A stretch of 63,676 bases of DNA, counting the filler, from Octopus bimaculoides (taxonomy: Eukaryota): the NCBI RefSeq assembly GCF_001194135.2. It is 9 parts of 9 records of this genome, joined end to end, with 100 filler letters (N's around TTAATTAATTAA, not from the genome) between each part and the next. Parts side by side here need not be neighbours in the genome. Positions count along the whole stretch, not along the records: positions 6,751 to 37,940 come from NC_068997.1; positions 38,041 to 42,298 come from NC_068993.1; 7 more parts are not named here. One strand, given 5' to 3'. Under the pieces are notes generated by a model, which ran no database searches, was not told where the DNA came from, and saw nothing but the letters and a program-made list of their open reading frames with translations. The position numbers were made by a program, and so were the translations under genes. Positions 25,774 through 38,145 of this stretch are shown in pieces. The first letter of the stretch is position 1. Every line of letters begins with the position of its first letter.

Positions 25774-26175
25774 GAGTGAGAGAGCAGTGCATGCCATCAA
25801 AGTGGCACTGGGGTAAAATATACGAAGCCCATTTTACTCATCATGACTACCCATCTGATAAGGGTAGAGCAGGAACATGCATCACAACCATATGTACGCG
25901 ACATGGTAATCTCATATCAAATAAACAGCGCATGACTTCGCAAGTGGGGCCCAGTTAGAATTTTCTTCAGGTCGAGTGGCCCATCCCGCTTAAAAGGTCC
26001 CTGAATAAGGTTTGTTTAAGGATGTTGAGCAAAACACCCATGTTTCCAAAGGTGAATTATTCAAACCCCAAAGAATTCCTCTCAACACATGGCTATGATG
26101 CTCCCCCACTACCTCTGCTCATGATCAGAGATGCACATATCATCAGCCACCAAGGGACATGCTCAACTGGTTAAG
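25774..26175 (-). mobile_element. 402-bp non-coding interspersed element flanked by (TAA)n
   Basis: GC-richer than its flanks, no recognisable protein motif, sharp boundaries against (TTA)n at 25773 and 26176. Orientation is inferred. Confidence 0.55.
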
Positions 26176-26336
26176 ATTATTATTATTATGTTTAGCTGGT
26201 GCTTTGTATTTTTACAAGTTGACTCTAAGTCTCACCCAGAGGCCTCAACAGACAACAAGTTAGAATTTCAAGCTGATTTGTGATTAGGATTTCATATTTT
26301 CCGTTTTGCACATTGCTTTATTATCATTATTATTAA

Positions 26337-27053
26337 TTCTCTTAATCACAGATTTTGTTGGGGCTCCTAAAGTTTTACATGCGTAATGGTCTTGCTACCT
26401 GCAGCCTACAGAAACATGCTATCAATTCTTTTAAACTATCTAATGCTCTCCTGATTATCCTGGCTGTGCCAAGGAAGCAAACCATGTGTAACAGATCTAC
26501 TGGGCATGCTATTCCAATTTCTTTTATATTCCTGTTGATGCCTTCTCATATTGATCCCAAGGACCCAACATTAATTGACACTATCTTCACCTTCTTTACA
26601 TTCCATTGCCGGGATATTTCGTACTTAAGAGGGTTGTATTTATCTTTTCGCCTTCATTCTTGACTATTCGTGGGTCAAAGGGGTATGCAGCATCAACTAT
26701 ATAGCATATGTGTTGCACATTGCCCACCACCACTAGGTGGTGTTATACTCTAGTACCTTATCTATTTGGATTGGGAAATCACAGAGGATTTTGCTAGTCT
26801 CCGACTCCGCCACTCTTTGTGGTTTGTGCACATACTTCGTCTTGCCTCTTTCTAACACACACTTTTTACAGTTTCCAGTGTAGCACTTTCGCTACCTAAC
26901 CATATCGATACAACTTGTAGTGGTTCTGGTCAAGTCTAGGGCATTCGTTCGTGATACGGGCAATCGTTTCATGCATTCTATTGCAGAAATGGCACAACAG
27001 AGACACTTGCTCATTCCTAAGGTTGACACTCCAGTTCGTGGCCAGTTTGTGGA

Positions 27054-27055
<2 letters not shown>
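26337..27055 (-). mobile_element. R4/Dong 3' fragment (CCHC + RLE)
   Basis: HETIARITNEC; KILCDFPIQIDK; CYIVDAAYPFD; VGSLGSI; CFLGTARIIRRAL. Bounded by (TAA)n. Confidence 0.85.
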
Positions 27056-27122
<67 letters not shown>

Positions 27123-27129
27123 CAATATT

Positions 27130-27189
<60 letters not shown>
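27056..27189. repeat. (TTA)n microsatellite ending 28 bp from the TRPM exon boundary (representative of dozens of (AT)n, (AC)n, (ATAC)n, (CT)n, (TTA)n and (CTA)n tracts)
   Basis: Seen directly in the sequence. Confidence 0.97.
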
Positions 27190-27190
<1 letters not shown>

Positions 27191-27217
27191 GCAGTTAGTG
27201 TGCTAAAATCTTTTTAC

Positions 27218-27398
27218 CTGTTTCTCTTGCAGCTTTAACCAAACTATGCCCGAGAGCTTCTTTAGTAGGTTCATTCAACTGGACGTCTTCTCTTTCTCCA
27301 ATCACAGAAATAAGCAAGTTTGGCAATGAGCAATTCCATTGATATATTATCAAATGAATTATAATTTCCGGAGGGGTTTGGTTATCCACACGAACAAA
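27218..27398 (-). CDS. TRPM: TRPM-family channel internal exon (SLOG/MHR1-2 domain), 181 bp
   Basis: Acceptor tttttgttttatttatag and donor ACAG|gtaaaa. 60 codons + 1 nt: FVRVDNQTPPEIIIHLIIYQWNCSLPNLLISVIGEREDVQLNEPTKEALGHSLVKAARET, matching TRPM YVRV..DT....HLM...W.L..PNLLISV....GLxKAA. The final G plus AT of exon 19394 gives GAT (Asp), an in-frame join across a 7823-bp intron. Confidence 0.93.
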
Positions 27399-27719
27399 CT
27401 ATAAATAAAACAAAAATACATTTAATTAATGTACCCTAATGTTTGATACAAAGTGAAAAATACATTCAAATACATTCAAATACTGGGGAATTTGGTGAAC
27501 ATATTTCACTGCGATGGTTTAACGTTTGTATTCATAATATTGAGAATTGTGTTACTTGACATTAAGTATTTGAAGTGTTATGGGTTTGTCCTGTCACAGA
27601 GAAAGTCAGGAAAATTCAAGCAACAATTTCAACCATAGATGTTATTGTAATAATTATTTGTTATAATATGTTTATTATCTTGTTATATAAGTTCAATATT
27701 GTAACAGATTTCAATATTC

Positions 27720-30545
27720 CGCTCATGCGTAGAGTTTAGCCATGTCTGGTTACCTCAAGCTCTTGCTTATTGTGGTTGAGATCCTCCCAGGTTAGTGGTT
27801 ACAAGACATCATAATGCGTAGAACCGACCAGGTCCACCGGTGCTCTATCACTGGCTGTCTCGTAGCAGCCCCTAATGAATCCTCCACGGTGACGTCAGTA
27901 TTCGGGAAATATCCCCCAACCACGTCCAGCCATAATGAGGCTTCTCCTAGTCTGTAGCTTCAGGATCGAATGGGAGTAAAACCCAGGCAGAATGATATAG
28001 CGGAAGATGGAGGAAACGTCCGTATTAGCGAATCCGATGGATAGATGTGAGGTGGGAAGCTGGGAGGCTGATGCGTGCGCGCACGCAGTTCTTTGTTGGA
28101 AACATGATAGTACTACCTGATGTTCTCAAAAGTTCTACTATCGACGTCACCGATCTTCTTTGCCAGGGTCGTTGGCGAGGGCCGATGCGTTGTAGACAGA
28201 GAATTTCGTCTTTAGGAAGATAGAGCAATGCTGCCAAAGGGGCTTCCATAGGGAGTACATGACTCTAGTGACCAGGGCTCAGATAGATGAAAGAGATGAC
28301 AAACTTCACGACCTTGGGATCAATAAGGAGGAAGAGGGTCCGAGCTATCACCTACATGCATCCGCATGGACTCCGCCTATCTCACCTGAAAGCCAAGGTT
28401 TGCTGATTCTCTGCGTCCCTTAGCTCGTCAATCGAATTGCTGAATAGGGTGGTGTCGTTCGCATACTCCAGGTCAGTAAGGTGTAGTTCTAGGTCACGCC
28501 AGAGACTCACTCACCAAATAATCGATGACATATGTGATGAGGTCGAGAGCGGCCATGCAGCCCTGTCTATTGCTCTTGAGGGGGAACCAGTCAGAGTCCT
28601 TCCTGTTCACCTGCACCCAGCTCTCGGCACTGCTATAGAGCTACTAGAATAGGGTGGTGACCATGGGAGACGCACACTCGAGCTCGAGAATTTTCCAGAA
28701 ATATGCTTGGTCGACCGTGTTCAAAGCCACCTTAAAGTTGATAAAGGCGATGTAGAGGTGGAGATCTTTGCAGACCTCCCGAGATCTTTGAACGATGAGA
28801 CGAAGGGAAAAAGTATGGTCTGCAGAGGATCAATACGGTATGAACCTGGCTTACTGTGAATGGTGTGTGCTTCTAATGACAAGAAGAGCACGACTGAGGA
28901 AGATCCTGATGAAGGGCTTACCTGGGATGGAAAGGAGGGTGGTGCCCCTGTAGTTGCTGCAGACGAGTTTGTTGCCTTCCGCTTTTTAACAAAGAGGATA
29001 TTACTCTGAGTTCAGTCATTTAGAAGCTACTCTGATACCCATAGATGATTGATGATGCATGTGAGCCGTTGAGTCATGTTTTCTCCGTCTGGCTTGAACA
29101 TCTCCGTGGCCACAGGGCAGATTCTGACTTCATGAAAGTTAACAGGATCGATTCTACAAGTGTCATTGGTTAGGGCTGTGTGTGCAGTGATTATTAGACT
29201 GGGATTGATTTGGACAGATAGGTGACGAAAAAAGCCGAAGTGCTCCTTCCAGTGTTCGGGGCAGGTGGTTTCTATGATGATTAAATTTCATTGGTATCTC
29301 TCACCGAGGTAGTCTTGAACTAGAGACCGGTAAACTCTCTGTGGAGCATGTTGAATATCAGGTTGATATCGTTATCCTTTGCTGCTGGATCCAGGTGCTC
29401 GGCTTCTCCCGCCCAGAACTTCTCCCTGTCTTCTGAATGGAGTTGTCGTGTATCCAGTTGGGCTGGTCGTCTTCATTCGTGTTACTGCATAGGTGAGCCT
29501 CACGGCGGCAGTTACTTGTGTACGACCTCCGCAGTAGGATCAAGGGTCACTTGAGAAGAGGTCTTGAGTTTACCAGGGCATCACGGTCTGACTTTTTGGC
29601 ACTTGATTTGAAACTTTCCCAGTTGGTAATCTCATTTTTCGGCCAAAGAAGTGAAGTGATTGTTGTTAAATCACGCAACTTCTGAGGCGATGCTGAGATT
29701 ACAAATACAGAATGAATCAGAGCGTTGCTGGTACTTTGTGACAGAGTCATCTCGCAACTTCAACGTGAGTGTCGCCGCCAGCAATCGATAGTAGGTATTG
29801 CCGAGTTGAGCCCCTCTGTAGATCCGGCAGTCCTGTGATGAGCAAGTCTGCGGGAGGAAAATGTGTCTGCAATATAGAAATTGTTGTTGCGGCATCGGAG
29901 CAGGAGGCGATTACCAATAGATTGAGTCTGGAGTAGGTCTGTCGAAGGGTACTTGGGGAGAAGAGATGGCAGCACTGATGTCCGTCAGGGGAATGGTGAT
30001 TTCGTGGTGGCAACTGGTCCTAAAATCTTTGAAGCTGTTTGCAGTAGTCGTCCTTGACTGTCTTCTCTGCGATATCTATGGGGGTATAGGCAACGATGAA
30101 AACAGGTGGACAAATGATCACTCACCGGGTTCTATGAGTAATTGCAGATGTGCTTGGGCACGACTAATGCCACACCACAGAGGCCTGTTCTGTCCTCGGG
30201 GCCGCTCTAGAAGAAGCTCCTGGGATAGCAGAATGGCTTCTCCTGGACGAATGAGCAACAAGACATTCCATGTAGTAGCACGTATTTTGTAGCGTAAGTT
30301 GATTACTCATTGGTCGGTGACATGCATGTGTCTGTTCCGATGTTGAACAGTCTTATTTCTTCTGATCGTTGTGATAAGAGGCTGAGAGTTCTTCTGGGCG
30401 TTGTATTGGTCTTCCGCAGAATAGTCGGATGATGGTTCTGCCATCTTGGCGATGAGCCGACGCACTGTGGGACACAGTTAGTCTGGAACCTCTCCAGAAG
30501 TCCTGCCTCCTGCATGAAGTAGCCAAACCAGGAGCAAAGCATCAG
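27720..30545 (-). mobile_element. RTE-clade LINE (APE + RT), long and decayed
   Basis: Fragments such as LYIAFINFKVA, YRGTTLLSIPGK, DLEYANDT, RILATTWNV and SGHHEIT-like endonuclease segments, with many stops and frameshifts. Confidence 0.8.
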
Positions 30546-31209
30546 ACGGTTAGACTCTCTTGGATCTAAAGTACATATAAGCTACTTTGGCACAATATGG
30601 CTAGACCTTAGAATTTATTCATGAATATAAAATTTAGAATTAGCCATTTCTTGAAGCAATTATTTTCTACAAAATTTTCTGTTATCTCTGTTCTATTTTG
30701 TAATACTTATTCCAATAATTCTACCACAACAGAATAAAATTTTAATATCAATGAAGTATACAGTTGAGAATAATTAGAATTCAGTTTAGATCAACATAAT
30801 TCATTTCATCATTACAATAAAATAGACTAATGCCCAAGTGGTAGATACAAGAATCAATAATTCCACAAAACATAAATACATGCACGTTTGTGTACATACA
30901 TACATACATACATACATACATACAAGGAGAATATAGATAAACTGGGATTTTCAGAAAGAGAAATTGACTGGCTGATTCTTAGATTACAAGTTCAATCTGT
31001 GAGTGTAACAGTAAAAGTAGGCAAGACTTTTCTCAAGTTCCAAATGTGAATTTGTCTCTGTTAACTACATCCCGAAGATGGAGTCTTGTATCTTTGTTGG
31101 AAATCGGCTCCCTCCTCAATAGAAGATTTATAATAGTTAAAAAATAGAAGAGACATACATAATACATACATACATACATGCATACATACATACGTACATA
31201 CATACATAC

Positions 31210-32462
31210 ATCATGGAGGCCATTATGATTAGAGCGATACTCGGACGTGTGTAATTACTGCTCATATGAAGGTAACGTACCAAATATTGGAAAACTTGAG
31301 CTACAGAATGCAGTAAGATCACATACGAATATTTCTACATGTTTTAAGTATTACATATCTATATGAATGATTTATACATCTTAACACATATGATGTAAAC
31401 ACATTTCTGTAGTGTTAAACACGTAAAGAAATAAGTCAACCTTTCAAAACAGTTTACGATAAAGTCAAACACTGCTCCAAATGTATGTTTAAATGCAATT
31501 GTAGAATTAAAACCAACATGAGAGGTAAGATTAACCAAGCTGTGAAGAAGTTTAAATTTGTTTCTTTCACAACTTAGTCGAAACATTTAAAAAGATCATT
31601 GTCTATTTTTAAAAACAAATGCAAATATTAGTGAATATACACGATCATCTTAGCTAAGCATATAAGTCCCCTTCGATCAAACCCTGACTACAATCATTGA
31701 ATAAGCTGAACCTACGATTTGAACAAAATTAATGAAGCATATACACAATCTGAGCCCCAGAAGTTCAATTTCTATGCAAAGGCTAAATGATAAATCTAGA
31801 AGTACACAAGATGCCAACAATTTAGCTGAGATCTACACCTCTGATGTAGAGACAAAACATTACAAGTGATCTGGGATGATATATTTCAACAGGTCCATAG
31901 CCGTAATTTGAGTAACAGGCCATACAACACCACTATGAGTAAAGGACCCAGTAAATAAGAATTAGACAGTAAACGAGATCGCAAAAAATCATTTGAAGAC
32001 CACCCTGTCTAGAGGTATGAGAACAACCCATGAGACCCTTAAGCTTTTTGATATATGCCTCAGCTTTTGTATCATTAGCATATCACAAGTGCTGATGCAT
32101 GCAACTGAGATCCAAGCAGAAAGCCTAAACCAGAAAGGACACGTAATTTTAAAAATAAAATGTTATTCCCTAAGAAAAATATCTCGCAGATCGTTTTAGT
32201 TATGAAATGTGAGAGAGAAACCATTTCATTTGACATCAGGAAAGCCTCAGAAAAATAAACTAGAGGGGCGATTTGGTGATTCGGGATTCACGTTTAGTTT
32301 CTAAATTTTGAAACATAATACGAAACCGTGTCAATGTTACATTCATTTAATCGAAAATAATATACATGTTGACACTTCTGTTGTCTGATGATGTAAAATT
32401 AAAATTTGAGTTGATGTGTTTGAGCCATTTGAGAATGCATTGAGAACAGACAAATTTACAAA

Positions 32463-32508
<46 letters not shown>

Positions 32509-33810
32509 CTCACAATTTGGCAATCAAACACTGGGTAGAAAACATAGAGGGTAGACAGACAAACGCTTCAAAATGGAGTGCATTACCAAGGCCACGTGCT
32601 TGGTACTAAAGAGAACACCCTTAGCTTCAATAATAAAGTATATCAACAAATAAAGAGCACGACTATGGTGACGGAATTCACACCCACATATTCTAACCCA
32701 GTCATGGGTTTCTTAGAAGAAAACCTTTACAAGGACGTAAAAAAATCTTTTAATCATAATTTCAAGATATACTTCATTGAAAAGTGGAAACGCTTCTTCG
32801 ATGACTACTTCATTTTGGGGGACAGATCAAATGATGATCTACATATATTTAATAACACCCTGAACACACTTCACCCATTTATCAAATTCAAAACAGAATC
32901 CTCCTAGGCATTCACATAAAAATACACGACTCCAATATCATGGCAGACATATTTTACAAAATAAAACGGACACACATCGATATTTGAACTTTTACCCGTG
33001 CCATTCTTCACATATCAAAAAGAGCATTCCATACAGCATGGCAAAATGCATCTGTACTATAGTAATCCGAATTTATGTACTCAAAAGTTTCCTAATAAAC
33101 ATAATTACTCCTAAAAATTAATAAACAATAGAATTATAAGGGCGACGAAGTTGGACATCACACAACTCAGGACACCAAAGAAAAAAATTAGGAACATATT
33201 ATTCTATTTATCAATACTCATAATTGTGGAGTAACCAACATGTTTCACGCTATAAAAAACAAACCTGCCAGAATTTCTATAAAACCCCCAGAATGAAAAA
33301 TATGGTTGATAAAAACCTCTTACAAAACAGTAAACGCCAGCGAAAAATTCTTAAAAAATATTTCACGAAGGCAAAATTCACATCAGAGACTGAATCGGAA
33401 TTTTCGGTAAGCGAGTGTGGATATGGAAGATGTGGAACATGTAACAATAACAACAGTTTCAAATATTTAGACAATGGTCCCCCATAACATTTAAGAGTGG
33501 ATTCGTTCAAAATAGATGCAAATATGAACTGCAAGACACAAAATCACATATACTGCATTACATGCTCCGGCTACTAGGAGAATTATATTGGTGAAACCAA
33601 CAATCCCTTTGCCAACGTGCAATAATCCACAGACAACACATCCGACATGAAGAACTATGCAAGATTCCACTGAGTAAGCATCTAGAAATAATATGTAGAT
33701 GGCAGATTCAAGACTTTCCTGTTCTACAAATGGTCAAGGGATGAACCAAAGTTCCGAAAGGCAGTGAAATTGCATTTTATCAAAAAATTCTCACCAAAAC
33801 TAAACATCTG
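31210..33810 (+). mobile_element. Penelope-like element (Neptune-type) RT + GIY-YIG, decayed
   Basis: SFNNKVYQQIKSTTM...PTYSN.VMGFLEE; WKRFFDDYFI; LNTLHPFIKFK; C..GRCGTC; MNCKTQNHIYCITC..ENYIGET. The 5' limit is approximate. Confidence 0.85.
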
Positions 33811-34294
33811 AAAGAAAAGCAAAAGCAACACGTATGGACTTTAAAATGGAACAAATTATGAACATTACATAGATTACCCATACAGGTACTGTAGTTAAAA
33901 CTAACTTTCCCGGAAAATACGATTGGTGAGAAATAAGCGAGTACTTGAATACACGAGTTTGACCCTTTCCATACATATGTTGTATGAAATCGATAGGCAT
34001 TGGAGAGAACTGTATTTTCCTTTTAAATTAAACTTTGAACCTTTTATATTTATTTCATATTTTATAATTGTGACTGTACTTACGTAAGGATCCCTTTTTT
34101 AAACTCTCAACCTAAAATGAAAATACTTTTATGGCATAGAAAATATATATACATACATACAGATGTGTGCATATATGTGTCAGTGCATCTATATACGATG
34201 TGTACAGGTATGTGTAGATATGTGTATATATGCATGCATATGTATATGTCTGTACATGTGTATGTATGATTATATATATGTGCATGTGTGGGTG

Positions 34295-34331
<37 letters not shown>

Positions 34332-34380
34332 TTCAGAATGAGATAAAAATCCAAGGCTGTGAGAACATTTAAAACTAGAA

Positions 34381-34430
34381 GGTCTTACAGCTGTTTCCGG
34401 GATATTCTATATCTCCCTTGATCGGAAACC
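34381..34430 (-). ncRNA. Minimal type I hammerhead motif, mutated core
   Basis: GGTTT-CCGATCA-AGGGA..TCCCG-GAAAC-AGCT-GTA-AGACC; U4C and G8C relative to CUGANGA. Confidence 0.6.
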
Positions 34431-34739
34431 GTGTGAGAAGATGGTTATGCAACAGTTATTCTCACACCGTCTTCGATGAAGGGATATATAAAATATTTAT
34501 ATCTCATTCTGAAATTTTTTTATATATACACATGCTGATATATGACCTACATTGGACTCCACATTCGCATAATCACCGAACCTGGAGCTTAACTATAGTC
34601 TGTCCATAGCACTTACTCAGCATTACCTGACACCTTTGGGTCTTACTGATACCATTACCTCTCATAATCTCTCTCTCTCTCTCTCTTTCTCTGTATATAT
34701 ATGTATATAAAGAAAAGGATAAAGAGACCAATGGCAAAG

Positions 34740-37700
34740 TTAGAATTATATTTTATGGATAAAGTCTTACAGCTGTTTCAGGGAAACTCCAATGTATCCC
34801 TTCATCGGAGACGGTAATACAAGAAGAAGCAATTCGGTTGGGCTAGTTAGCCATTGTTTTATTATGTGGAGGTTATGTAATGAGTCATTTACGCACGTTT
34901 CAATTTGCCAAATTGTTTGGCAGATCTCTTCAGAATGTTGAGGAGTATGTTAAGAGTTCATGGTGTGAGAGATGTGGGAGAAACAATTAGTGGATATATT
35001 AATGCATATGGTGGTATAATAATAGCATTAGGTAAAGAAAGCCTTACGTTTTAGTTGAAGTTGTGTTGGTCTTCCTGTAGGGGGATGTAGGATGGGTGCT
35101 ATTTAAGCTCATAATTCCGATTTTAATCAAATGCATTTCCACGTGATGTTGTTATGATTGAGGAATGCGTCGTATATTTTTAGCACCGGCGGTGTTAGTA
35201 AAGGAGAGCAACCCTAAACTTAGGTGAAAAGGGGGCTAACTCTGGTCTTATTACTATTTAATTATAATCAATTATACTTAGAAAAGGAAAATTCTTTTTT
35301 ACATATTTAATTATACTTAGGAAGTAGAATGTATTATATATTTAATTATACTTAGAGAATGTGTATTTACTAGCGTGAAGACAGATTAGGCTACATTCAG
35401 ATCTCCTGTTTAATAGGTCATTCTGAGCCGCTAGGATTTCGAGGCGTCCAGTTAAACAAAGTTCACAGCGTCTGTTAGTTGGGTTATAGGAATTAGCTAC
35501 TTTTAGTATGTGCCACTTTAGTTTATATTCTATCTTATTGTCGTTTAGTTCCCAGATATACCTACTAAGTCCTGTTGAATTTGCCTTATTTCTATTTCTA
35601 AAGCTAGATAGGTGCTCATTGTATCTAAGCCGTATTTGGTTTTTCGTCCTCCCAATGTAAGATCTAGTATGGCTGTTTGTTTGTACGTCGCATTGGTAAA
35701 CTATATTTTCGGTCTTACATCTATTGGAGAAATTACATTTATTCCTATCTCTACAGCCACATAGGTTGTAAAGGGTGTCTANNNNNNNNNNNNNNNNNNN
35801 NNNNNNNNNNNNNNNNNNNNNNNNNNNNNNNNNNNNNNNNNNNNNNNNNNNNNNNNNNNNNNNNNNNNNNNNNNNNNNNNNNNNNNNNNNNNNNNNNNNN
35901 NNNNNNNNNNNNNNNNNNNNNNNNNNNNNNNNNNNNNNNNNNNNNNNNNNNNNNNNNNNNNNNNNNNNNNNNNNNNNNNNNNNNNNNNNNNNNNNNNNNN
36001 NNNNNNNNNNNNNNNNNNNNNNNNNNNNNNNNNNNNNNNNNNNNNNNNNNNNNNNNNNNNNNNNNNNNNNNNNNNNNNNNNNNNNNNNNNNNNNNNNNNN
36101 NNNNNNNNNNNNNNNNNNNNNNNNNNNNNNNNNNNNNNNNNNNNNNNNNNNNNNNNNNNNNNNNNNNNNNNNNNNNNNNNNNNNNNNNNNNNNNNNNNNN
36201 NNNNNNNNNNNNNNNNNNNNNNNNNNNNNNNNNNNNNNNNNNNNNNNNNNNNNNNNNNNNNNNNNNNNNNNNNNNNNNNNNNNNNNNNNNNNNNNNNNNN
36301 NNNNNNNNNNNNNNNNNNNNNNNNNNNNNNNNNNNNNNNNNNNNNNNNNNNNNNNNNNNNNNNNNNNNNNNNNNNNNNNNNNNNNNNNNNNNNNNNNNNN
36401 NNNNNNNNNNNNNNNNNNNNNNNNNNNNNNNNNNNNNNNNNNNNNNNNNNNNNNNNNNNNNNNNNNNNNNNNNNNNNNNNNNNNNNNNNNNNNNNNNNNN
36501 NNNNNNNNNNNNNNNNNNNNNNNNNNNNNNNNNNNNNNNNNNNNNNNNNNNNNNNNNNNNNNNNNNNNNNNNNNNATGGCTAGTCCAAATCTTTTGAAGA
36601 ATTTATGTAAGTTTTTCTTAATGAGTTCTAGTTTCCTATTCGAGGGATTTTTAACTACGAATAGCGCGTTGTCCCTGTATAATCCACCTTCAAGGTCTGG
36701 GAATTCCTCCTGTATGTAGGAGAGCAAATATATTCCCACTAAGTCTGTTATCTGAGCTGAATCCGGGGCTCCCATGGTGATATCGAAGGAGTTTGGGGAG
36801 TCTTTACTGACCCAGAGCTTATTATCAAAACTTATAATAGATTTCCTAGCTTCAAGTATTACATTAATTTCTTTCCTAGTTAGCTGTGAGTGGTTTTTGG
36901 TGAATATTAGGGCACTATTTGGGATCGTGGGGTTAATTGAGGAGTAGTAGTCTACTATGTCTATCTGTATGAATTTGTAGTTATTAGTGTTCGGTATTTT
37001 GGAGAACCAGTTTAGGGCTTCGTATGTGTTAGACCATAATTCGAGGGAGAGTCTACTTTTTAGCGTAGGGATGTACTTATCTAGTATTAGTTTACTTAAT
37101 TTGCATAGGTCTGATCTATTTGGGCATATTAATCTAACTTTAGTGTCTGTAAGGAAGTTGGGTTTATGGTCTTTTAAAATGATTCTAGGTCTAAGTGGTA
37201 TAAATGGCTCAGTTTTTTTTGGCTAAGTTATAGTCTAACATGATGTCCTTGGCTGCTAAGTTCATGGATTGTAAGGTGCTATCTGGTGCTACTTTATATA
37301 TATTTTTTGTTATTTCTTTGTGTAGGAGTTGGTGGTATAAGTTAATGTCCATAGTATAAGAATTTCTAGTTTTGTCCGAGTGGACAATAATTCCATTCTG
37401 CGATTTTAGCTTGTGCAGGAGGTCCTTAAGGTATCTTTGGTAATTATTCCTTAGTGGGTGTCGCTTGAATTTGATGTTTTGATGGTGTTCCATATTTCGT
37501 TTTCAAATGCTTCTAAGTGGCTGTTTAGTGGAGGAGTTTTCTTGGTCCTAAAGATTCCTTTGGTGAATTGGTTATTATCTCTGTGGTGGTGTGGCTCATT
37601 ATCGGCATTTTTATCATGGAATAATGCCTTCCAACGCAGTCAGTGAGTGAAGTCAGTTATTTTACTGATAACTTTCTTAAGGTATACATTTTTGGGTGGT

Positions 37701-37870
37701 ATTGGTATGTCCTTTAGAGATGCTTCTATTAGTATCTGCTCCATTATTCAGTATGCGCCTGTTTAAAGCTGGCTAAGGCAGTCTTAGTCAGAGGTATGTA
37801 AATAGGTAAATGCTAGGATTGCTTCAATTTTTCAGGGGTAGTCTGAAGTATCCAAGCAACCAGGGGATGT
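34740..37870 (-). mobile_element. Penelope-like element, Naiad/Chlamys-type RT + GIY-YIG (centre in gap)
   Basis: MGAPDSAQITDLVGIYLL..GGLYRDNAL; CGCRDRNKC..C..ENIVYQC..SYIGRTKN..RYNEH..SF..STGLSRYIWEL..CELCL...LLNRRSE..CLH. Confidence 0.9.
34764..34812 (-). ncRNA. Minimal type I hammerhead motif at the Naiad 3' end
   Basis: GTCT-CCGATGA-AGGGA-12nt-TCCCT-GAAAC-AGCT-GTA-AGAC; U4C only; palindromic ACAGCTGT. Confidence 0.72.
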
Positions 37871-38094
37871 TTAAATCCGGAGGCACTCCTGGGAATTACT
37901 TGTGTGGGTCCACACACACACACACACACACACACACATANNNNNNNNNNNNNNNNNNNNNNNNNNNNNNNNNNNNNNNNNNNNTTAATTAATTAANNNN
38001 NNNNNNNNNNNNNNNNNNNNNNNNNNNNNNNNNNNNNNNNATATATATATATACACATATATATATATAAAAGAGAGAGGTTCTATCTGTTTGT

Positions 38095-38145
38095 CTAAGA
38101 CCAGACACCATCTAAGACCAGACACCATCTAAGACCAGACACCAT
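38095..38145. repeat. 17-bp tandem repeat x3
   Basis: (CTAAGACCAGACACCAT)3. Confidence 0.9.

Noticed and set aside
35342-35781. Possible selenocysteine recoding in the Naiad GIY-YIG region (some Naiads are selenoproteins)
   Set aside because: All visible Cys positions use TGT/TGC and there is no in-frame TGA here or in the Cys cluster at about 57800. The gap hides part of the ORF.
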